A stretch of DNA of 54,912 bases from Alphaproteobacteria bacterium (GTDB lineage: Bacteria > Pseudomonadota > Alphaproteobacteria > UBA2136 > JAPPOO01): assembly GCA_028817875.1 (NCBI GenBank), contig JAPPOO010000072.1, forward strand, positions 1 to 54,912, in the 5' to 3' direction. A program made the position numbers and the translations under genes. The notes under the pieces were generated by a model. It had not been told where the DNA came from. It ran no database searches and saw nothing but the letters and a program-made list of their open reading frames with translations. This document shows, piece after piece, positions 48,676-54,912 of this stretch; position 1 is the stretch's first letter, and each line of letters opens with the position of its first letter.

Positions 48676-49554
48676 ATGAGTCCTGAATTACAAAAACTAA
48701 AAAATTTCTGCGACCAAGCTGAAAAACTAACGCTCACAGCCAAAAATGAGCAGTCCATTACCGAAAAAAGAACCGCTGAACTCGTCACAAAAACAGACAT
48801 AGATGTCTCTCAACTCGCCACCCAATTTTTCAATACAAACAACCTGTTAGATGAAGAACATCTCCAAAAACATCCCATTCCCGTTGAACAACGCCAAGCC
48901 TTCCTCCAAAAACCGGAACTTTGGGTGGTGGACGATATAGACGGCACCGCCGCACATGCTTCCCGCCAATCAGCTAACCCATTGGCAGGATTAAATTTTT
49001 GGGGCACTACCGCAGGTTTATGGAATTATGGAAAACCCATCGTTGGCATAAATGCACTCCCTTCTTATATTGGTGAACGCCCCGATGGAACTTTCTTCAA
49101 AGGGTTAATTTTATTAGCAGAAAATGACAAATGCTACATCCAAATGGGTGAAAACGCCCCCATAACTGAGTGGAAACTCCCCGATACAAGCAATAACCAT
49201 TTTATTACCCTCGCCAGCCAAACCCATAGCCGTTACGTAGTTGATTTTGAAGATAAAACTCGTACTGACAAACGCTTTTTCCCAATTGATACCCACTCCT
49301 GCATTTACCAATTCAGCAATGTATTTTTAGGGAAAACAGCTGCCAGCGTATTCACAGGAAAACCGTGGGATGCCGCGGGTAGCCTCGCAATTGCCCAATC
49401 TTTAGGGCTAGAGCTTCGCAAAATTAAAACAGGTGAACTCTTCCAAGGTTTCCACATTGAACCTATGAAAAACACGTGGGAATTAGAAGACCTCTACATC
49501 CTCTCCCGCCCACAGAATTACGCCATTATTCGCTCAGCCCTCAAGGCCATCTAA
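48676..49554 (+). CDS. Divergent inositol-monophosphatase/FIG-superfamily protein (292 aa)
   Basis: The LDEEH, VVDDIDGT and WDAAGS motifs correspond to the IMPase metal and substrate motifs (EE, DPIDGT, WDxAAG). Confidence 0.7.
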   Translation: MSPELQKLKNFCDQAEKLTLTAKNEQSITEKRTAELVTKTDIDVSQLATQFFNTNNLLDEEHLQKHPIPVEQRQAFLQKPELWVVDDIDGTAAHASRQSANPLAGLNFWGTTAGLWNYGKPIVGINALPSYIGERPDGTFFKGLILLAENDKCYIQMGENAPITEWKLPDTSNNHFITLASQTHSRYVVDFEDKTRTDKRFFPIDTHSCIYQFSNVFLGKTAASVFTGKPWDAAGSLAIAQSLGLELRKIKTGELFQGFHIEPMKNTWELEDLYILSRPQNYAIIRSALKAI

Positions 49555-49656
49555 AAAAATTTTAGTTGCGCCACTTAAACAATAAGCATATACCACTTTC
49601 AAAACATTGGGGTTTTTACCCCACCGGCCCTTTTAATTTAACACTAGGAAAACCTC

Positions 49657-49884
49657 ATGACATACGAAAACTTTAATGGCACAGGATTTTGTGTAGACAG
49701 CTTTGTAGTAGAAGTAAACGAAGAAAATACTGATGCTGAGAAACCTGATGTAGAAAAAGCTACAGACGGAGGCTACCACTCAGGGAAAGACCTTCTCGAT
49801 GGAGAGATACAGCGACAAGAAGGCAATGATTACACTGGAGAAGGTGTTTTCAATGACTACAATAGTTTCCAAATAAACTTTTAA
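49657..49884 (+). CDS. Small acidic protein, hypothetical (75 aa)
   Basis: Weak RBS (AGGAAAA). Rich in D and E. No recognisable family. Confidence 0.3.
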   Translation: MTYENFNGTGFCVDSFVVEVNEENTDAEKPDVEKATDGGYHSGKDLLDGEIQRQEGNDYTGEGVFNDYNSFQINF

Positions 49885-49985
49885 TACCCTTCGCAAAGAA
49901 AGGGACCCACGTAAAAGTAATGCGGCCGTGGGAACTAAAAACGAAACTCTTTCCTTGAGCCCAAGTAGAAAGAGGTTACCTCTAG

Positions 49986-50009
49986 GCAGCCCAGAAGGGC
50001 TGCTTTTTT
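49986..50009 (+). terminator. Intrinsic terminator
   Basis: GCAGCCC-AGAA-GGGCTGC followed by TTTTTT. Confidence 0.7.
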
Positions 50010-50480
50010 CTACTCCGCTGAAATAAAACGCTTAATAATATTTTCCATAATCGGGTAAGCAAAACAAACAGAAATAGCGATAAGAATAAGGCCTACTAAG
50101 GCTTCTAAACAAATGATAACAGCTAAAACCCCTGTTCCCACAACATCCCCAAATCCAAGAGATGTATAAACCGTCGCAGCTAAATACATATAATCTGTCC
50201 ACGTACCTGTCATCTGGGTCACAGTATTTGTGCTACCAATGCTCCCTAAACCAGCCTCTACAGCCAGCCAGTAGCTCAGACCATATAATGCTATTTCTAC
50301 AATATGGATCAGCATAATAGCTGTTAATGCCGCAGACAATTTCAGCCGTCGTGGACGAATTTCAATCCTACTCCCTATCTGCCCAAGCCAAATAAGCCCT
50401 TGTAAATGAATAAAAAAGCAAATCCCTCCTAAAATAAGAGAAAAAAGAACGCCTAAAACAAGGTCAAACCCACTAATCAC
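50010..50480 (-). CDS. Small K+-channel-like protein (Ion_trans_2-type pore, 156 aa)
   Basis: TM helices flank the pore sequence TSLGFGD. It starts 3 nt after the cutA stop. Confidence 0.7.
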   Translation of the reverse strand: MISGFDLVLGVLFSLILGGICFFIHLQGLIWLGQIGSRIEIRPRRLKLSAALTAIMLIHIVEIALYGLSYWLAVEAGLGSIGSTNTVTQMTGTWTDYMYLAATVYTSLGFGDVVGTGVLAVIICLEALVGLILIAISVCFAYPIMENIIKRFISAE

Positions 50481-50483
50481 CTA

Positions 50484-50804
50484 CTAAAATTCCTTTGTAT
50501 GCTCATCGACAAAGCTAACAAAAGAAGGATGTGCTTGAGCCTCCCAAATTGTGATAGCCGGAACATCATACGGGTGCAAACGGTGAACCTCCAACATCAC
50601 TTCATCTACACGGTTACGAGAGGTTTTAACAATCATTGCTACCTCCTCTTGCCGTTGCACCTGCCCTTCCCATCGGTAAATACTTGTATGTGTTGGCGTA
50701 ATATTTACACAAGCAGCATACCCACGGTTAACCAAGTCTTCCCCCAAAGTCTCAGCATCGTGCCTATTAGAAAAAGTCGTATAAATCATAACAATACTAG
50801 GCAT
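50484..50804 (-). CDS. cutA: Divalent-cation tolerance protein CutA
   Basis: CutA pattern AACVNI...YRWEG...HPYDVP. Its start overlaps the pntB stop by 8 nt. Confidence 0.85.
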   Translation of the reverse strand: MPSIVMIYTTFSNRHDAETLGEDLVNRGYAACVNITPTHTSIYRWEGQVQRQEEVAMIVKTSRNRVDEVMLEVHRLHPYDVPAITIWEAQAHPSFVSFVDEHTKEF

Positions 50805-52185
50805 CTTTCAACGCTCCACTTAATTTTTCACACACATCTTTCGCGTCCCCAAAAATCATATAAGTATTATCTTGGTAGAATAATGCATTCTCAACACCCG
50901 AATACCCACTCCGCATCGAACGCTTAACCACATAAACAGTTTTGGCCTTATAAGCCTCTAAAATTGGCATACCGTACAAAGGAGAACTCTGTACATTTTT
51001 CGCATCAGGGTTCACAACATCATTGGCACCAATCACCAGTACAACGTCCGTTTGAGGAAACTGAGGATTAATCGTATCCATTTCTACCACATTTTCGTAT
51101 GGAACATCCGCTTCAGCCAAAAGTACATTCATATGCCCCGGCATGCGCCCTGCTACAGGGTGAATTGCAAAACTCACCTCCAGACCTTGGCTTTCCAAAA
51201 CATCCATAACCTCTCGCAATGCGTGCTGGGCTTGCGCTACCGCCATACCATACCCAGGAATCAATACAACTTTACGTGCATTTCCCATCATAAAAGCAGC
51301 ATCTTCCACACCAGCTTGCTGAATTGTTTTATCACCTAAATCAGCCCCTGCTACTTCTTCGCCGTCTCCAGCACCAAAACCACCAAGTATCACATTCAAA
51401 AAGCTGCGATTCATCGCCTGACACATAATAAAAGTCAAAATAAGTCCGCTAGCTCCCACTAAAGAGCCACCAACAACAAGCACTATGTTACTCAACATAA
51501 AGCCTGTCGCTACACCTGCCCAACCAGAGTAAGCATTAAACAAAGCAACAACAACCGGCATATCTGCACCACCAATTGGTAATACCAACATAAGGCCTAG
51601 CAAAAAGGTCAAGCCAATCATAACTAGCAAAGTTGCTTCCCCACCATAAACGGAAAAACAAGCAGCCACACCTAACGTTGCCAATAATACGACCAAAGTG
51701 CTCCAATGCCCCAATGGCATGGTTACAGGTTTACTTGTTACCCAGCCATGTAACTTACCAGCCGCAATAACAGAGCCACTAAAGGTCAACGTACCAATCA
51801 GCGCACTTAAAGCAATTTCAGTCTGTCCAGTTACCGTTAAAGCATTTAAAGTCTCGCTACGTAAAAATTCTCCGCCTGCTACCGCTGCTGCTGCCAAACC
51901 AACCAAACCGTTAAACAATGCAACCATCTGAGGCAACTGCGTCGTTTTCACTTTATTTGCTAACGGAATTCCAATAAACGCTCCCAAGGCCATTGCAGCA
52001 AAAATCCATAAGTATTCGCTAATACGCCCATCCAGAAGTGTGATACCAATGGCAAGAGCCATCCCCAACATAGCTAATGTATTTCCACGGTTCGCTGTTT
52101 TAGGGTGAGACAATCCCTTAATACCTAAAATAAATAAAACAGCAGCCCCTAGGTAAGCTAAAGCAAAAAAATCAGCTGATACCAT
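50797..52185 (-). CDS. pntB: NAD(P) transhydrogenase subunit beta
   Basis: A polytopic N-terminal part and a dIII NADP(H) domain (GYGMAVAQAQH, HPVAGRMPGHMNVLLAEA). Confidence 0.95.
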   Translation of the reverse strand: MVSADFFALAYLGAAVLFILGIKGLSHPKTANRGNTLAMLGMALAIGITLLDGRISEYLWIFAAMALGAFIGIPLANKVKTTQLPQMVALFNGLVGLAAAAVAGGEFLRSETLNALTVTGQTEIALSALIGTLTFSGSVIAAGKLHGWVTSKPVTMPLGHWSTLVVLLATLGVAACFSVYGGEATLLVMIGLTFLLGLMLVLPIGGADMPVVVALFNAYSGWAGVATGFMLSNIVLVVGGSLVGASGLILTFIMCQAMNRSFLNVILGGFGAGDGEEVAGADLGDKTIQQAGVEDAAFMMGNARKVVLIPGYGMAVAQAQHALREVMDVLESQGLEVSFAIHPVAGRMPGHMNVLLAEADVPYENVVEMDTINPQFPQTDVVLVIGANDVVNPDAKNVQSSPLYGMPILEAYKAKTVYVVKRSMRSGYSGVENALFYQDNTYMIFGDAKDVCEKLSGALKDA

Positions 52186-52187
52186 AC

Positions 52188-52532
52188 TTACTCTCTCCCC
52201 TGTTTACGAAACATACTCAACATACGCCGCGTAATAGCAAAGCCGCCAAAAATATTAATACTTGCTAGCATTACTCCAAAAAAACCAAGTAGCCGAGCAT
52301 AAAAAAGCTTATCCGCATCCACACTATCAGGCAGCATTTCCCATACAACAGGTGAAAATTCTTCCGCCCCCGCAACAAACATTGCAGCTATAACTACAAT
52401 ACCGGAAATCGCGTTGGTAACCGCCATAAGCGGCGTGTGCAAAGCAGGCGTAACGCCCCAAATAACAAAATAACCAATAAAACCCGCAAAAACGAGAACT
52501 GTTACCAAAAACGTCAATGTTGTTATTTCCAT
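52188..52532 (-). CDS. pntAB: NAD(P) transhydrogenase subunit alpha part 2
   Basis: TPALHTPLMAVTNAISG...INIFGGFAITRRML. The ATG at 52532 follows AAGGGG. Confidence 0.85.
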   Translation of the reverse strand: MEITTLTFLVTVLVFAGFIGYFVIWGVTPALHTPLMAVTNAISGIVVIAAMFVAGAEEFSPVVWEMLPDSVDADKLFYARLLGFFGVMLASINIFGGFAITRRMLSMFRKQGRE

Positions 52533-52542
52533 ATTTTCCCCT

Positions 52543-52701
52543 TTACCACGGTAATTTATCACTTTGGTACAACGTAAGAACCGCCGCACCAATAATAATT
52601 AAAATAATGTACTGAAATAGCGGGATAATGTGCCTTAAAAACCAATATCCAAATAAAAGGATAACACCAACACCCGCAATAAGAATCATATTATCGCTCA
52701 T
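52543..52701 (-). CDS. 52-aa two-TM sORF between pntAA and pntAB (MSDNMILIAGVGVILLFGYWFLRHIIPLFQYIILIIIGAAVLTLYQSDKLPW)
   Basis: Its ATG overlaps the pntAA stop as ATGA. It ends 10 nt before the pntAB ATG. It is below the ORF-track length cutoff. Confidence 0.4.
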   Translation of the reverse strand: MSDNMILIAGVGVILLFGYWFLRHIIPLFQYIILIIIGAAVLTLYQSDKLPW

Positions 52702-53813
52702 AAACGAACCTGCCCGCCATACACAACAAGTGAACCTGCAATAATATCATCTTCCAAATTATAATGAAGAGACGTCACACCGTCTTTCACTTCAAGCATT
52801 AACTCTAATAAATTTGCCAAGTTGCGCGCGTAGAAAGAACTCGCATCATGCGCCAACATACTGGCATAATTTGTGTGCCCCACAAGTTTAACCCCGTGCT
52901 TTACAACAACTTTATCTGCTTCTGTTAACGGACAGTTCCCACCACTTGCAGCTGCCATATCTACAATCACACTTCCTACACGCATCCCTTTCACGGCTTC
53001 TTCCGTCACTAACACTGGCGCAGGACGCCCAGGAATTTGAGCCGTTGTAATCACAACATCCGCTGTTGTTAAGTAAGCTTGTAGCAAAGCTTGCTGCTTT
53101 TTCCGAGCAGCTTCCGAAAGCTCTTTAGCATAGCCACCCTCTCCGCTACCTTCTTCACCTAAATCAAACTCAATAAATTTTGCCCCTAGAGACTCTATCT
53201 GCTCTTTAACTTCAGGCCGAATATCAAACGCCTCCACTTGCGCCCCTAACCGACGTGCCGTCGCAATTGCCTGTAAACCAGCTACACCCGCTCCCATTAC
53301 AACAACTTTAGCAGGCTTAGCCGAACCTGCCGACGTCATCATGAGGGGAAAATAGCGATCAAAATGCTGGGTTGCCTCTAGTACAGCACGGTACCCACCA
53401 ATATTGGCCTGAGAAGACAAAGCATCCATTGCCTGAGCACGAGAAGTCCGTGGAATACGTTCTAAGGCCACAACGTTCACACCACGGTCTGCTAACTCAT
53501 TCAATGTTTTTTGACTCCCCGCAGGGTCCATAAGGCCGATAACAAGTTCATTTTCTTCGTAATCCGCAACTGTTTCTACAGGTGTCACACGCAAAGTAAC
53601 ATCCGCTTTAAGTTTAGAAGCTTTCTTACTATCAATAACTTCCGCCCCACTCTCTGTATATTCGGCATCAGAGTAATGGGCAGCTTCTCCGGCTCCGGCC
53701 ATAACAAAAACTTCTAAGCCTGAGTATTTACCTTTTAACCGTTTGATTTCATTTGGTGTCAAAGCCACCCGCTTTTCTGTTGCGGATGTACAATTAGGAA
53801 TCGCAATTTTCAT
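52698..53813 (-). CDS. pntAA: NAD(P) transhydrogenase subunit alpha part 1 (dI)
   Basis: Alanine-dehydrogenase-like fold with the Rossmann motif VVVMGAGVAGLQA. The start is taken at MKIAIP. Confidence 0.9.
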   Translation of the reverse strand: MKIAIPNCTSATEKRVALTPNEIKRLKGKYSGLEVFVMAGAGEAAHYSDAEYTESGAEVIDSKKASKLKADVTLRVTPVETVADYEENELVIGLMDPAGSQKTLNELADRGVNVVALERIPRTSRAQAMDALSSQANIGGYRAVLEATQHFDRYFPLMMTSAGSAKPAKVVVMGAGVAGLQAIATARRLGAQVEAFDIRPEVKEQIESLGAKFIEFDLGEEGSGEGGYAKELSEAARKKQQALLQAYLTTADVVITTAQIPGRPAPVLVTEEAVKGMRVGSVIVDMAAASGGNCPLTEADKVVVKHGVKLVGHTNYASMLAHDASSFYARNLANLLELMLEVKDGVTSLHYNLEDDIIAGSLVVYGGQVRL

Positions 53814-53856
53814 GGGCACTAGCCTACTTAAAATAATCAAATTATGGAATAGATAT

Positions 53857-53886
53857 TTGACGAATAGACGTGCAGTGCACTATAAC
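53857..53886 (+). promoter_or_regulatory. Candidate tRNA promoter TTGACG-18-TATAAC
   Basis: The hexamers end about 18 nt upstream of the mature tRNA 5' end. Confidence 0.4.
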
Positions 53887-53903
53887 CGCATTCATTAAAG
53901 TGT

Positions 53904-53980
53904 CGGAACGTAGCGCAGTCTGGTAGCGCACCACGCTGGGGGTGTGGGGGTCGCAGGTTCAAGTCCTGTCGTTCCGACCA
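53904..53980 (+). tRNA. tRNA-Pro (anticodon GGG), CCA encoded
   Basis: Manual cloverleaf: acceptor CGGAACG/CGTTCCG, D arm GCGC-AGTCTGGTA-GCGC, anticodon arm CCACG-CTGGGGG-TGTGG, T arm GCAGG-TTCAAGT-CCTGT, then ACCA. Confidence 0.9.
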
Positions 53981-53995
53981 TTTTTCTAAAATTCC

Positions 53996-54022
53996 ACAAA
54001 AAAAGGAGGCTTACGCCTCCCC
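53996..54022 (-). terminator. Intrinsic terminator after the 54036-54779 gene
   Basis: Minus strand reads GGAGGC-GTAA-GCCTCC followed by TTTTTTTT. Confidence 0.7.
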
Positions 54023-54035
54023 TTAAAAGCTATAT

Positions 54036-54779
54036 TTAAAATAAATCCCCTAACGCCTTGCCCAATTTATCTTTTACTTGGTCAATTAGCCCTTGCGGGT
54101 TTGACAACGCTTTAACAATCTCTTTATGCATATTTTCAAACAGAGGCAGTAAAATTTTATCTAAAACCTCAGCAACTGAAGCTCCTTGGTCTGTCGTGCC
54201 AATATTTGTTAATTCAACATCGCTCACATCGCTGGAAATACCCTTTTCCATACCACCTAAATGGAACGTAATCGTATTGTCTTTCATCAACAATTGCCGA
54301 ATAGCAACCTGCTTCTGTGATGATTTATCTGAATCAGAATTTTCTTCATAATCATCGTACTCGCCACCGCGCTCTACTTCTTCAACTTTTTTAGCTAATA
54401 CAGCCTGAATACTTTGGACGTTATTTTTGTTCAAATCGCCTTCAAATTGAACACGTGTCCCTTTAATACCAACATAATCAACCACGACAACATCTTCCAA
54501 AAACGTTTTAGGCTGCAACTTCACCTGAATGTTCTCAATCGTCGCCGCATGAGGGTTCTCAAAACCTTTTGGATTGCTAATAGCTAAGTTATTTAAAACA
54601 ATTTGCCCGCCCAACACATTAAGCTCTGCTCCTGCTACAGTCATTTTTAAACCTGTCAAACGCTCACTATGGAAATTCACCATATACTTTACTAGCCCCC
54701 CACCAGCAAAAAGGACAATTCCTACACAAACGAGAATAAGAACAATTGAAAATTTAAATACAAACTTAAGGAAGGCCAT
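54036..54779 (-). CDS. N-terminally anchored envelope protein, AsmA/DUF748-like (247 aa), hypothetical
   Basis: A single N-terminal TM helix, a beta-rich region and an acidic linker. The family call is tentative. Confidence 0.55.
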   Translation of the reverse strand: MAFLKFVFKFSIVLILVCVGIVLFAGGGLVKYMVNFHSERLTGLKMTVAGAELNVLGGQIVLNNLAISNPKGFENPHAATIENIQVKLQPKTFLEDVVVVDYVGIKGTRVQFEGDLNKNNVQSIQAVLAKKVEEVERGGEYDDYEENSDSDKSSQKQVAIRQLLMKDNTITFHLGGMEKGISSDVSDVELTNIGTTDQGASVAEVLDKILLPLFENMHKEIVKALSNPQGLIDQVKDKLGKALGDLF

Positions 54780-54912
54780 TTTTCTTACTTTCTTAATAAC
54801 TTATAAGCGATTATTTAAGGCCAGATTATACGCATTTAGAATAAAAACAAAAGAATTAAGCATAAACCATATAATATTTTTTTGACAAAAACGCCTATTA
54901 ACGCCAAATTAG

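Overview
This 54.9-kb window is bacterial chromosome at roughly 40-45% GC by eye, and it is densely coding. The gene content suggests a proteobacterium, probably an alphaproteobacterium: an NtrY/NtrX pair, a split PntAA/PntAB/PntB transhydrogenase, and a GroEL with a GGM tail. That lineage call is an inference.

Most of the window is core housekeeping:
- trkH-trkA, a DUF4390-like gene with ntrY-ntrX, and dusB-fis, followed by pgpA on the opposite strand.
- A translationally coupled fatty-acid beta-oxidation operon. It runs from an acyltransferase/alpha-beta-hydrolase fusion through fadD, a thiolase and a dehydrogenase/hydratase to fadE.
- coxB and rsmE, then an LPS-type glycosyltransferase cluster.
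- thrS and infC (the latter with a non-AUG start), pyrG-secG, ppiD and an Nfu-type gene.
- An ABC-2/GldG-like exporter operon.
- Two tandem cNMP-binding paralogs, then groES-groEL.
- The pnt operon, extended by cutA and a K+-channel gene, and tRNA-Pro(GGG).

I saw no CRISPR array, IS element, integrase, rRNA or obvious defence operon.

The features least explained by standard annotation are:
1. A roughly 240-nt structured leader or sRNA with an intrinsic terminator, feeding a 46-aa sORF (10.07-10.54 kb).
2. Two arrays of helically phased A-tracts that share a roughly 31-nt motif in inverted orientation (9.6 kb and 48.5 kb).
3. An unannotated 52-aa membrane sORF coupled inside the pnt operon.
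4. An accessory-looking islet after groEL: a protein with a basic tail, a PP2C-like protein, an IMPase-like protein and a small acidic protein.
5. Unusual fusions: PlsC-like acyltransferase with esterase, and GldF with GldG plus an embedded hydrolase.
6. A degenerate CIRCE element and a tRNA-Thr anticodon-like hairpin in the thrS leader.

All functional calls rest on motif recognition by eye. No database search was run.
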